A stretch of 63,660 nt of DNA, the filler included, from Dugesia japonica (taxonomy: Eukaryota), in the NCBI GenBank assembly GCA_001938525.1. It is 7 parts of 7 records of this genome, joined end to end, with 100 filler letters (N's around TTAATTAATTAA, not from the genome) between each part and the next. Parts side by side here need not be neighbours in the genome. Positions count along the whole stretch, not along the records: positions 1 to 9,107 come from MQRL01643359.1; positions 9,208 to 17,522 come from MQRL01627669.1; 5 more parts are not named here. The stretch is one strand, 5' to 3'. The notes under the pieces were generated by a model. That model was not told where the DNA came from, did not search any database, and saw nothing but the letters and a program-made list of their open reading frames with translations. The stretch's first letter is position 1; each line of letters opens with the position of its first letter. A program made the position numbers and the translations under genes. Of the stretch, positions 1-13,435 are shown in pieces.

Positions 1-946
1 AAAAAAAACTTTTAAACTTATATCAACTATGAAAATAATAATTTAATTATTGTTTTACTATAAATATAATTTTTATTATTATCAGTTTAATCCTATCTGT
101 TATTATTCCTGTTTACTATAACAATTATAAAAATAAAATATCATTAAAATTTAATAATATCAAAAATAATAATTAATTTTAGATTTACATTTAAATTTAG
201 ATTTAGTAATTTATAATAACCAAAATATTAACAAATTAATATGAAAATTAAAAATAATAAAAAAAATCATACTTTATCATGATTTATGCCCATTGAATTC
301 GTTTCGTTATATTAATAATAAATAATAAATTATATTTAAAATAAAACAAATACTTTTTCCCGCTAACTTCATCTTCGATCATTGTTTCCATTTTCAAAAG
401 TGTGCCTGATATAGAAAACCTTAGCAAAATAGTTTTAAACTCTAAATTATAATTTTTAAAAATACTTCTTTTCTACTTCTTTTTCATAACGTCTTTCCGA
501 TTCTAAAATTATTTCTTTTAATTCTGGTAATCTTAAAATAATTCAAACTTAAAATAACAAATAAAATAAATAAAAAAACATACCTTTTCTCATATTCATC
601 AATTTGGTGTTAATTTTGATTGAAATAAATATTAAATAGTGAAAACTTTTATGACTGCAGTAGCTTAACTATTAACAAAGTTAAAAAGTTGAACTTTTTT
701 AATAGTATACTTCTTCTTCATAATAATACTATGGTGACATAATAAAATTTATGATATAATATTTATTGTTCAAAGTTGAATCTTTATAATTCAAATGTTA
801 CATATTAGCTTTGAACTTATAATAAATAATTTGAACTTTAAACAAATATAGATGACTTTTATGAATGAACCCCTTTACAGTGTTGTGCAATTTTATATAC
901 CTAGGTGTGCACTTTTGTATACTCATGTGTGCATTTTTATAAATAA

Positions 947-1929
947 ATGACTAACAGAAAAGTAAGAAAAGAAATTAACAATCAACTTTATAATGCAATT
1001 TTAACAATGTTTGATTCGGGGAAATATAATATCNNNNNNNNNNNNNNNNNNNNNNNNNNNNNNNNNNNNNNNNNGAGTAATTTAATCAAAAGAAAAGAGG
1101 CTGGAGAAGCATTTATATCATCATCAGACAAAAGGAAGTCCACATGCTCTGAACGTAATTCAACATTCAACCTAGTAGAGCAAACACTATTTAATTCAAT
1201 TTAATGCAACAACTCTCTCGTAGAACCCGAGATGCAGGATAAGATTCGTCAGCAAGCCAGAGTTACCATTTCCCTTTCAACTGTTTCAAGGAAACTTAAA
1301 AAGATGAAAATTACCAGGAAAAGGTTGACTTTAGTTCCTGTTGAACGAAATACTGAAGATAAAATCCATCTAAGAGCCATTTTTGCTTCAGAGTTATCAA
1401 GATGGACTAACGATGATCTCATATACTTAGATGAAACTGGGTTTAATCAGCACACCCGAAGGACATACGGGTATTCTTCCCAAAATTCAAAAGCTTATGT
1501 GTACAATATCGAATGTTGGGATTATTGGTTGGAAGTGTATAACAGGATCTTATAATAGTGAGAAATTTGTTCAATTTATTGAAACAGAGCTTGTTCTCTA
1601 CTTTGTAATGCATCCAAATAAGTTATTGATAATGGACAATGCCAAGTGTCATATATCTACACAATTTCAAACATATTTACGCAACAACAATATAAACTAT
1701 AAATACCTAATTCCATATTCTCCTGAGTTAAATCTCATTGAAGTATGTTTTTCAATGATTGAGAATAAATTTCGTGCTTTGAAATCGAAAAATCCTGATG
1801 CATTGAACTTATGAACTTTTGAACGACATTCTATCACCAAATTTTTATTATTGTGATGAATATGAGAATTTGTTTTGTAATATTAGAAGATGGTTGAAAA
1901 AGCGAGAAGAAAAGAACATTTTATCTAAT
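947..1929 (+). pseudogene. IS630/Tc1-like DD34E transposase, frameshifted
   Basis: ORFs 947-1204, 1232-1555 and 1431-1814 give HTH-like ISLSTVSRKLKKMKITRK, first Asp in YLDETG, second Asp in IMDNAKCH, and PYSPELNLIE with 34 residues between D and E. Only a weak 8-bp inverted pair (ACCCCTTT 869-876 / AAAGGGGT 2171-2178) as possible ends. Confidence 0.85.
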
Positions 1930-2179
1930 AAATGTTTTGTGTAACTTTTAAATTTATTTAATATTAATTTAAACAGTACAATTGTCTTAATTTATNTATT
2001 ATTATATATTAATGTTATGAACAATAAATATATATTAAAATTTGATCTATTTATTTTATGTTCGATGCAAGTCAAACAAAGACATTGCAACCCGAGTGCA
2101 ACTAAAACAAAGAGCATGAGTCATACTTATACAAGTTAACTGCAACAAATACAAGTACTTCTAAGCAAAAAAAGGGGTA

Positions 2180-4170
2180 TTATGTAGTGTTTTTGTATAA
2201 TTTTGAAGAGTTAATAGGGTTTTTACATATTTTTATATATGTATTTTGTATATACTTTTACATAGTTTAATATGATTTCTTTAGGGTTTGTATGGTTTTA
2301 TATGTTATTGTAATGCTTTTTATAACGGCTTTTATAAGAAGTTTAGGTTTATTGTAGAGTAACTATAGGGTTTATATGTTGTTATTATGTTTTTATATGG
2401 TTTATATGGTAATTATTTGTTTCATAAGGTAACCATAAGATTTTGTAGATTAACTATATGCTTTAATATGAGTTTATTGATCAATTGTTTTAAAATTGCA
2501 TAGATTTCATGTAATTATTTCAAAAGATTTACCAGAGATCCGGTTATTATTTTAAAAAGTTACTTGAGATCTTGTAAATATTTCAAAATCTCATAAAAAC
2601 ATAGAGAAAATAATTCAAAACTTTACTAGATGTCTCTAAAATATTGCAAAAAGTTACCAGAGATTAGTTAATTATTTCAAAAAAGTTACTAGAGGTCTGG
2701 TTATTATTTCTTAATATTTACTCTATTTTCCTGAAGCACTTACTAAAGTTATGAAAAGCAATACATTCATTAAATTCAAGCAATAAACCTAATGTTCTCA
2801 ATGAAACAATTAACAGCATACATTCAATAACTGCATCACATAAGCCCAAATAATTCAAAGAAATCTATACATTGAATGTATTCAATGCATTTATACATTT
2901 CTACATGTATATAATTCGATGTGTTTATAATTCAAAGAAATATATACATTAAATGTATTCAGTGCATTTATATACCTATTAATACGTCTAATCTATACAA
3001 TTTACATATCATTTTATTAATTAAATAAAAAATGTTGTATATGGTTTTATAAGATAATTTATGAGTTTTATAAGGTGATTATTTGGTAATTATATGGTTT
3101 CTTTAAAGATTTATATGGTTATTATAGGGTTTTATATGTCATTATAGTTTTTTATAGGGTTTTTTATATAAGCATTTTGATCAAATATTTTGAAATTAAA
3201 TAGATTTTTATGTGATCTTTCCAAACCTAACATAAATGTCAATAGAGTCTAACAAAAAACCCCATTAGAGCTTCATGCACAGTAAACCAATGGATATTAT
3301 ACATACAATACACTCAATAAAGTCACTAGATTCATACATACATTAAACCATGTCGAGTCATTTAATACATACAAGAAATCTAATAGAGTTATATAATACA
3401 CACTATAAACCCAATAAAATTCATAAAATACATATATTAAACCTCATGAAGTCACATAATACACACACATACAATAAACCGTATAAAGTCAAATAATACA
3501 CGTAATTAACGCAATATAGTGTTATAATACACACTTAACATACTCAATATATTCATATAATACGCACAAAATACTCAATAACGTCACTTAAATACACAGA
3601 ATAAACCTAATACATACAAATAAATACATGCAATAAACCAAATATTGTTATATTATATATAAAATAAACTTCATAAAGATATATAATACACATAATAAAA
3701 TAAATACAGTCATATAATACAAAATTTAAATCGGAAAAAACATACAATACACAAAATTAACTAATAGAGTCAATAGATGCACGCAAATAACTCAATTGCA
3801 CTAGTTAAAATCATATCATAAACTCCATACTTACAGTTAAATGCGTATAATAAACTCAATATAGTCATAATATACATACAGAAATCCTCCATAAAGTCAC
3901 TTAAATACACATAAATAACTTCATATCGTCTTATACATAGAAAACCAATTGGTCTTATAAACTAAATCCTATAGAGTTATATAATACATATATTTAATGC
4001 AATAGAACCATATAATAAATCATATAAAGTCAATAAACACACACAATTAACCTAATAGGGTCTTAAAATACACAAAATGTTCTCAAAATTATATTCCTAT
4101 AATAGACATATTTAAACCTCTAGAGTAATACTATACACAATACTATCCAATACTATAAACCTAACTGGTC
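2180..4170. repeat. Degenerate minisatellite blocks (about 31-bp period) with strand-asymmetric composition
   Basis: 2515-2710 has ~6 copies of ATTTCAAAAAGTTACYAGAGATC..TTATT; 3400-4150 repeats CATATAATACAC..TAAAC..AATA.AGT; 2180-2470 and 3040-3180 are G/T-rich blocks of opposite skew. Confidence 0.6.
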
Positions 4171-4229
4171 TTATACAATTAAATAATAATATTAATTATA
4201 ATAATAAAAACAATAATAATAATAATCAT

Positions 4230-6800
4230 TTTATGTGAATTTAGACAAAAGAAAGTTTAGGGTGTGAAGGTTCGCGCTAAAGGTGTGAAAATTCATAGTT
4301 GATATTAATATGTACACATCTGAAAAAGGTAGTGAAGATACAAAAAAGTATTAAAAAAACTTTGAATCTATTTTTTGTTTTTAATAAAAGTTAATTTCCT
4401 TTCTGATCATTCAGGCGTTGAAAATTTCAGTTGAATAAATGAAAGTCAAAAGGTTTCACTATAAAAACAAATACATTATTGAAATAGATATTTGAAATTT
4501 TAATTAAAAAAAATGATTATGATCATTATTTTTTTTAGTAAAATCTCTTATTTCTAAAATTGTTGTATATTATTAATAAATGTCTCTTTATATAAGTATC
4601 AATAAAAATATTTCTTTTAAGAAATAATGAAAAAAGTTAAAAAATAACATTTAAATAATAATATTTCTATATATAGTGAGAATATAAATGAAAATAATGT
4701 GTAACTCTCTAAAATTCTTGCTTGAAGAGATAAAATTCATATACTAATATAAAAGTATTTGAGGCTCATTATTTCACGCGAATCTAATGGAAATTAATAA
4801 GGTATGAAAATTACACGATTAAAACAAATAAATAAATGCATTGTTTACATTAATGTGTGAAATTTTACACCTTAAAAATATTTAAATTAATAATAATAAT
4901 AATAACAATTTCATAGAAAAATGCTCAATGCGTAACACTTTAAATCTTTCACGAACTCATATTTGAAGTGTAATAATTCACATGCAAAACAACAAATATA
5001 CACGCAAAGATGTAAAAATTCACATTTAAAAAATTCACGCATTTAAATAATAAATAATATGTGAAGTTTTAGACGCCAATAAAAAATTATGGTTTTTATT
5101 TGACGCTTTTAATTTTTAATGAAAAAATAATGTGTAAAATATTTTATATAAATTAAAACAATAAAAAATAATTTGATAAAAAAAATTTTGAGTCTCATCA
5201 TATTTTCATTTAAGGTTACGTTATGAAAGTTCACGCCAAAGGTGTGAAAAATCACAGTTTACATTAAAGTGTGAAAGTTCACGTCTAAAAAATGTACATT
5301 TAAGTAACAATAAAAAACAGTGATATGTTTTTGTAATATTCACATGACAATTAAAAACATAATAGAATAATTTTCATTTTTTAGATTAAGGTGTAGCAGC
5401 TCACACCTATAAAAAACATTTAAATAACAATAACAGCAATGATATGTTTTATGAATATTACCACGTCAATAAAAAATAATTAAATAATTTTCTTTTGTTT
5501 AGATTAAAATTTTTAAGTTCATGCCAAAGGTGTGAAAATCCACCCCCATTAAAAACATTTTAATTATATTAATAAAAACAATAATGTGTGAAATTTAAAT
5601 AAAAATAAAATATAAAATCTTTGTTTGCAATTAGGTGTGAAATTCACTGTTTATATTCACACCTTACATAAAAATATTTTATTAACAATTACAAAAATAA
5701 TGCCAATAAATATTCTACGCTTATGAAATTTAATTTGTTTGTATTAAAATGATGGATAAAAGTTCACTCTTTAAAAAGTACATTTAAATAACAATAATGA
5801 TATATTTTTTAATATTCCCACATCAATACAAATGATTAAATTGTGAAAATTAACACCCATAAAAAACATTTTAATAATAATAATAAAAAATAATGTGTGA
5901 AAATTTATATGCCGATAAAAAGAATCATTGTTTACAATTAGGTGTGAAAATTGACACTAAAAAATATTTTTAATAATATTAATAATAATAATAACAGTTA
6001 TTTTATATATTAATGTATTTTATATATAGTAATGCTCAATGTACAATGCTTTTAATTTTTAATAAAAAATTATTTATGATTTTTTTCATGGTAATTAAAA
6101 CAAAAAATTAATTTGAGGTCAACTAAAGTGTGAAATTAAAAAAATGTTTTAATAATAATTATAAAAAATTTATAATCACGGAGATTATTGTGCATTTAAA
6201 AAAGTTTAAAACTCTGTGTACATTACCTGTCATCATGTAAATAGAAATTTCTTTTGTTACTTTTAGTAATTAATAATAGTATTAATAATAATAATTATTA
6301 TTTTTATTTTATTTTTTTAAATAATATTTGAGGCTCTCATTTTTTATGAAAAATAGTAAAGGTTAGAATGTGAAAGTTCATGCCAAAGTTGCGAAATTTC
6401 ACAGTTTACATTAAAATGTGAAAGTTAAAGTCATAAAAACATTGTAATTATACGGTTTCATATATAAATCCTCAATGCGCAACGCTTTAAAGTTTTTATT
6501 TTGAACTCATATTTTGAAGTGTGAAAATTCTAATGGTAATAAAAAAATATTTCATTGTTTACTTTCCAATGTTTTAAACAAATAATTAGGTGTGAAAAAT
6601 TCCACATGAATAAAAAATAATTAGGGGTGAAATTTCTCACATTCAAAAAAACAATAAATAATATAAATGTAAAATCCATTGTTTACAATTAAAGTGTGAA
6701 ATTTAGCGCCAAAGGTGTGAAAATTCACACCTATTGTTGTTTACATTGTGAGGTGTGAATTTTCACAGCTAAAGGATAAAGTTCATGGTTTACATTACAC
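4230..6800. repeat. Degenerate repeat region rich in AGGTGTGAAA / TTCACACCT and TGTTTAC motifs, upstream of the GPCR
   Basis: Exact AGGTGTGAA at 4281, 5240, 5528, 5633, 5940, 6588, 6713, 6751; reverse TTCACACCT at 5656 and 6724; many one-off variants. Confidence 0.75.
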
Positions 6801-7727
6801 TGTAATAAGAAATAAATATTTGTAGTGTTAAAATATTTTAAAAAGTAATATGTAATTGATAGGTGTTAAACAAAAGAAAAAAAGATAAATAATTTAATCT
6901 ATGTATACTAATAATAGTAACGAAAATATATTATGTAACATAGTAATTTTGTAATTCCAAGTTCCATGAGGGTGATAACGTAATAGGTTATATGTCATGC
7001 TTATTGTGTGTGTTGATTATGTAAGAAACCAAATTTCACAAGTGAGCCAGGGTGAATGCTTCCCTCTACTGAAATGTATAATATTGGTGTCTAATCTGTT
7101 GTTAGAAAATATAATAAAACATAAAAAAGATATCATATACATGAGATGAAAGTTCAATCAGAAAATGTCAAAAACCTTATTAAACATGTTATATAAAAGT
7201 TCCCAAATGGTTAAAAGGTTAAAAATGTAGCTCCTGAGTAGCATGAATTATCATTATCCAAAATACTACACATTAAAATGGTCTGCTATCATATTTCGTT
7301 TTAAACATTTTGTTATTTTTCCTTAAGGAGAATTATCTCTCAGGGAAATTATCTAGTTTTCTTATTTTCTGCCAATTTAAAATGTTTTTACAGTATTGTA
7401 TTCTGTTAAGACTTTATTTAAAATAATTGAAAATTTCGTGAAATTTTATTAGTTTCTACTAATAAATTTGTAAGGTTTAAATGTATTTTTCAGTACTTAA
7501 TTGTTTGATATCTTACTAATTACTAATAAAATTTTAATTGAATTATGTATAGAAAAATCACAATTTTGTGCAAAATATTTTGTATTATTTTGTTTAAAAT
7601 GTAATATTTCACTATTTTTAATAATATGACAATTTTTATAGCACTTTTATCATTGGTTAATAATTTAAATGATTTTATTTGGTTAAGTTTATTATAAATT
7701 TAATGCTAAATTGGCTAAAATTTAATA

Positions 7728-8822
7728 ATGTTTTCATTTTCTGTTCTTAGAGACAAATTTCCTTTATTAGACACTCCTTATGATTTACTTTATGCATGTG
7801 AAGAAGCCACTAAAAACGAAACGAATATTTCTTTGTTTAATACTCTATGTATTCTTAGTCAAATAATGGGTATTTGGTCTTCATATGCATTTCCATTTAT
7901 TGGAACTTTTGGCATTTTTAGCAACGTAATTATTATTTATATATTTTCATTAAAATATAAACGACGAAATAGACAAAATATATTATTAATAGGGTTATCA
8001 ATTACAGATATCGGGTATTTATTGTCTTATGGATGGTTATGGTGTTTTGTAGCCAAAGGCTTGCCATATGCTACAAATGGGAAATTATATTTGTTTATCA
8101 AATATATAAATACCACGTCATGTATCGTATATCGCTTTGCTTATATGTATACAGTTTCAGTTGGATTTTATATATTTTTAGGAATTTGTATTGATCGATG
8201 TTTAGCAATATTTTTTCCAATCAAAATGATGAAATATGGAGGAAATTTCGCAAAAATAATAGTGGGATTCATTTACATTTTTACAGGATTAGTTGTTGGT
8301 TTTATTTGTATTTTTACAAAATTAGAAAATACTAGTGGAAAGCTTGACTGTAGTAATTATTATTTTAATAATTCATATTTGGAAAAGATTGTTCAATTTA
8401 TAAGAACAGCGTTTACTATACCTGGACTAGTTCCGATATTTAGCATCATTTTAACAAATTTTTTATTAATTTACAAATTATGGCTATCTAAACATAACAC
8501 AAAAAGGTTGTTAATTTTATCAATTCAAAACTCGAATTTTGATAAAACACGAAAAGAAATTAAATCTGTTGTTTTTGTTTTAATTTTATCATTCATATTC
8601 ATTCTTGGATCCATTCCACATATTTCAGTTTATATATGGTATTTAATAATAATTAATCAACGACCACTAGAATATTTAGATACTTTAGTTATAATATTCA
8701 ATATTTCAGATATTGGTTGGGAATTTTTTTTTATTCAACAATCAGTCAATATTTTTGTATATTACTTTCAAATGAAAAAGTTCAAACGACATATGCAGGA
8801 TTTTTTAGGAATGACAAAATAA
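7728..8822 (+). CDS. Intronless rhodopsin-family (class A) GPCR, peptide-receptor/srw-like, resembling the flatworm-expanded PROF1-type receptors
   Basis: Intact 364-aa ORF with seven hydrophobic segments; TM1 GIFSN, TM2 LSITD, Cys at the top of TM3, IDRCLAIFFP (DRY-like), TM6 GSIP, TM7 SVNIFVY; N-terminal sequons NET/NIS; AATAAA at 8932-8937. Subfamily call is from recall of the KGLPYATNG loop and is less certain. Confidence 0.92.
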   Translation: MFSFSVLRDKFPLLDTPYDLLYACEEATKNETNISLFNTLCILSQIMGIWSSYAFPFIGTFGIFSNVIIIYIFSLKYKRRNRQNILLIGLSITDIGYLLSYGWLWCFVAKGLPYATNGKLYLFIKYINTTSCIVYRFAYMYTVSVGFYIFLGICIDRCLAIFFPIKMMKYGGNFAKIIVGFIYIFTGLVVGFICIFTKLENTSGKLDCSNYYFNNSYLEKIVQFIRTAFTIPGLVPIFSIILTNFLLIYKLWLSKHNTKRLLILSIQNSNFDKTRKEIKSVVFVLILSFIFILGSIPHISVYIWYLIIINQRPLEYLDTLVIIFNISDIGWEFFFIQQSVNIFVYYFQMKKFKRHMQDFLGMTK

Positions 8823-9107
8823 TATTGCAAAGTTGAGTCGCACAATTAATCTTGCTTATTGTAATTAGATTATTTCACAACATGAACGAAGTTACATTGA
8901 TTGCACAATATTTTAATGAATTTTGTTATATAATAAAGTTTTATTAATTTTAGAATTTTGTAAATTTCCGGATATTTATTAACTAACGTTTTTCTTAACA
9001 ATTTGATTTGATAAAATCTAAAAAAGTAATGTAAATTGCAAAATAAATAATAAAAAAAGAAGTAAAAATGTCAAAACATGAATATCTTAGTATTAAGATT
9101 TTTGTCT

Positions 9108-9207
9108 NNNNNNNNNNNNNNNNNNNNNNNNNNNNNNNNNNNNNNNNNNNNTTAATTAATTAANNNNNNNNNNNNNNNNNNNNNNNNNNNNNNNNNNNNN
9201 NNNNNNN
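9108..9207. other. Artificial scaffold linker (44 N + TTAATTAATTAA + 44 N); same at 17523-17622, 25967-26066, 35216-35315, 45170-45269, 54516-54615
   Basis: Six identical 100-bp units; the 12-mer has stop codons in all six frames. Confidence 0.97.
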
Positions 9208-10864
9208 ATATTCCTTGGAGGCTATTAACATGATTATTATGTTTGACAGGGGGATAATCAAATATTAAAGTTGTCTAGGGAAACATCTAATATCTATTCG
9301 TAAGGAGAAATAAGTCTTTATGTATATGATTCTAAGGATTCTCTATGGTTTTTATTGAATTTTATAAAGTTTCTAAGACATATTGAATTACATAGAATTG
9401 TATAAGATTTTAAAGATTTTATAAGACTTCTATGGAATTTTATAGGGTTTTTATAAGAGTTTTATAAGATATTCTGGATATTTTAGGGTTTTAGAGGGTC
9501 TTATTTGGTTTTATATTGTATCTATGGAGTTTTAGGAATTTAATGGATTATAAAAATTTAATAAATATTAAAAGCAAAAAACAATTTCATTAAGTGTATT
9601 AATCATTTCATTAAAATAAGCATAGATTTCAATAAAATATATACTTATTTTTTATAACTATACTCAAGTCTTAATATGTTACTAAAACATATAAAAATAT
9701 GTACTAAAACGATAGGTATATGGTAATTTCATACACATTTAATCAGATATTTGAGAAAATGTAACATAAATTCATTAAATTAATAGAATCTCATACAGAA
9801 AACCAATACAGTTTTATATAATACGTCAATAGAGTTAACAGTTAAATACATTCTTTAAACTTAGAACATTCATTTAACCAATATAAACATTATATTCTAT
9901 AGTATAGAGTCTATACATTCATTAAACTCAGTACGGTTAAAAATCAAGTACATCTTTTTATTAAACCCATAAAAATAATGCACTAATTAAACTAAACACA
10001 ATCAAGAATCTAGTACACTCATTACATTCAATATTTTTATTTATTAGTTAAAATGTATCAAACATTACATATACGCGNTAAGGCTAAAAAGTCATTAGAC
10101 TCTACCAGAAATAATGAAGCGAACTAAAAAAAGTTTTATTAACAATAAATTTACATTCATAGACCTCATTTCTGGACATAATCCCAGTGTAAAGCATTGA
10201 GGGTAGCCTTATTTAATTTTTTATGTCTACTTAAAACTATTTTGATTTAATTAATTTTATTTATTTATTTTAATAAAGGCTGTTGTGTTTGTGCGGAGAA
10301 TTTTTAAGCCTCAAGAGAGTCACCAGAAAAATGTGTAGGGACACTTGGGTGTTATGCTGTGTTAAATAATTAGACTATTAAATTATTAATTATTTTATTG
10401 TTTATACCCTGAATAAAAATATAAAATTCAAATCAACAAAACTTTTTAACAAATTTTATTAACAATTTATGGAAATTTACTGTTTTTTCTTTAGACATGG
10501 GACAACTAAATTTGGATTTGCATCTATTTTGTTGCCTTGTTTAACAATCAACCCACAATTACAAATCCATACATCGTCGTTGAAATTCCAAATTTTTCTA
10601 CCAATAATTCTAATAATCCAAGGTTTTCTGTCTTTTAATATTTAATCGGCGGTTGCCAAGTATTCTGCTTATTTTATTTCCAACTTTCCAAATTTGATTT
10701 CAATTTGTCTTCTAGCTGTTACCAAGGAATTTTTATAATTTTTAATTTCAATTTAAATTTTTGTCTTTTATGTCTTCTTTAAGAATTTAGCGGTTGCCAA
10801 GAAAAAGCATATTTCATTTCAATTAAAATTTAATTTGTGCGATCAATACTATTAGTATTGAAAG

Positions 10865-11085
10865 AATATTTTAAGTAATATTCTTTGTATAAATTTATTT
10901 TTACTAAATTTTAATTGGTTAATTTTAATTTTAATTTAATTATTATAAATTATATTTATTTTAGGATTGTTTTCTTTAATTAGTGATTCTTCATGTTTTT
11001 TTCTATGTAGTGTAGAAATGTAGCCTGTACCTAGTGTTTTCCATGTAATGTGATGTTTTTCTGGTGAAATCCATAATTTGTCTAT
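10865..11085 (-). repeat. Direct repeat of the 3' end of the Penelope-like ORF (matches ~12065-12280)
   Basis: Near-identical ~200 bp including TAGGATTGTTTTCTTTAATTAGTGATTCTTCATG...GTAGCCTGTACCTAGTG; encodes the GIY-YIG C-terminal ESLIKENNPKIN on the minus strand. Confidence 0.85.
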
Positions 11086-11229
11086 ATTAAAATTTTCTTA
11101 TAATTTAATTTTTGTTAATGCTACACACAAGTATATACATACACTCACGTGTGTATGTGTATACTCTAAAAATTACATTTTAAATAAAGAAAATAATAAA
11201 TTAAAATAAAAAATAGCATAACACCCAGT

Positions 11230-11635
11230 TTACATTGACACACTTCTTTCAGCAGAGCCCATTTCAAATAAATTTTGATCCTTCTGCACGAAGAATTTCG
11301 TCACGTTGTCGTTCATATCATCTTTTGAAACAAACTTATGTTTTCGCCTATGTTTCTTCAGATGATTGAACAACCAGGAATCACTTGATGCAAGATCTGG
11401 ACTGTGTGAAAGATGATCCAGCTGCACAAATTTTTAGTGTTTTCTTGAATATGTGATAGGAGCGTTATCATGGAGCGTGGCTTACATCGGATGGTTTAGG
11501 TTTTAAGTATGGAATTACTGTAGTAATCCGATTTTATGATTTCTTAAGTAAAATTTAGCTTCGTGATACCATTTCTATTCGAAAAGACGGTCAACATGGC
11601 ACATTTTCGACGTGAGATTCCTAGATTCAAGACCT
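11230..11635 (-). mobile_element. mariner transposase C-terminal fragment
   Basis: HDNAP (11458-11472, minus) and HSPDLASSDSWLF (YSPDLAPSD-like), frameshifted. Confidence 0.8.
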
Positions 11636-11959
11636 TGGATAATACTAATAATAATAATTATATAAAATAATAAAAAATATGGCTGACAATTAATTATTTT
11701 AAAATTATTATAAATAAATATATGAATTTAATCTGTTTGGCCATATTAATTAAAAAAATATAAATGTCATTAGATTCTAGAACATTCTAGTGTGTAATGA
11801 CACGGAAAGTATATGTGTATCGATTACATCATCGATAGTATACAAGCAAGATGTGTGGTAGCACAAAGATACTATATATACAAAATATATTCATTTACAA
11901 TTGCAATTATTGGGAGAATAATTGTTGGACATAGCCATTGATCGTTTTACAGAATTCAT

Positions 11960-13435
11960 TTAAAATAAAAGCTTCGATCAACATTTTTGTTTTTTTTATT
12001 GATATTTGATAACAATTTGATTTTTCGACCTTGTTTTCTTCAAGAATTGACTTTTTTATTGATTCAATATTTATTCTTAATATTCTTTAGATAAATTTAT
12101 TTTTACTAAATTTTAATCGGTTAATTTTAATTTTTATTTAATTATTAAAAATTATATTTATTTTAGGATTGTTTTCTTTAATTAGTGATTCTTCATGTTT
12201 TTTTCTATGTAGTGTAGAAATGTAGCCTGTACCTAGTGTTTTCCATGTATTGTGATGTTGTTCTTATGAAATTTTATGCTTGTGTTGAAAGTGTTTGAAG
12301 ACTTCACTTTCTTTTTGTTTCAAATGTTTCTTAATTCTTGTTCGGATGGTTCTGCATGTTTCACATATATATGTTTCTTGAGAAATGGCGCATGTTATTT
12401 TATAAGTGACATTGCATATATTTTTTTTATCATAAATGCATTTGGGACCACAAAAAGTTGGCCTTGGTTTCTGTAATTGGATGCCCAAAGGTGTTTGCGT
12501 TTTGAAAATACTTCTTGGATTGTGTTTCAGTTTAGCATTTGCTATTATAATCTGCATGATTTGGCTACATTTTTCATTAATAAAAGGTAATTTAATAACT
12601 GTGTTGAATTTTGGTTTGATTTTATTTTGTTTTATATTTAAAGATAAATATTTCGATATAATTTTATTTGGATAGTCATTACTTAAAAATTTATTTTTTT
12701 TAAACTTGAGAGAGATCAATTTCATTTCTTCATTTGAAGAAAGTCTCTCAGCTCGAATTCTTTCATCTTTAATTATACCAATTTTTTGACTGATCGTCGT
12801 ATTACTACTCCAAGGTAATATATGTTCACTGTGAAATGGTTTCATATATAATTAAGTAGTATCCCCAGGTTTCTTTTGAATTAAAGTGTCCAGAAAAAGG
12901 ATCTGAAAGTCAATTGATTTCTCTAAAGTGAATTTAATGTTATCATTTATACTGATGGCTAATTCTAAAATGTNNNNNNNNNNNNNNNNNNNNNNNNNNN
13001 NNNNNNNNNNNNNNNNNNNNNNNNNNNNNNNNNNNNNNNNNNNNNNNNNNNNNNNNNNNNNNNNNNNNNNNNNNNNNNNNNNNNNNNNNNNATTATTGCT
13101 AGAATAGAAGATAAATTATTATCCATTGCTAGACCACCTTTTTGTTTAAAAAGTTGTTCACCGATGAAAATGCTATCAAAAAAAGAGACACAAATTGATA
13201 AAACATTTGAAATCATTTTTTGGGATCTCTGGAATATCTGTATGCTCTTTGTATCTTTCAAAGAAGCCACTTACAATATCAATGACATTTTCAGGTCCTT
13301 CAATTGGAATTGATCAATATAGATTTATTACATCTAGTGAACCAAATTCATCTTCACTCTTCCATTCATAATTTTTAATTCGTTCGATAAACTCATAACT
13401 GTTCTTTAAATGTGTTCACTCATAAAAATGAATGC
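11960..13435 (-). mobile_element. Penelope-like retroelement remnant (RT + GIY-YIG endonuclease)
   Basis: FGSLDVINLY (~13320-13350), KQKGGLAMDNNLSSILA, PFLDT, KPFHSEHILPWSS, then NVTYKITC..TYICETCRTIRTRIKKH (GIY-YIG). Confidence 0.88.

Noticed and set aside
265-620. Small minus-strand exons with GTAT donors
   Set aside because: No consistent spliced frame or recognisable protein could be built by eye.
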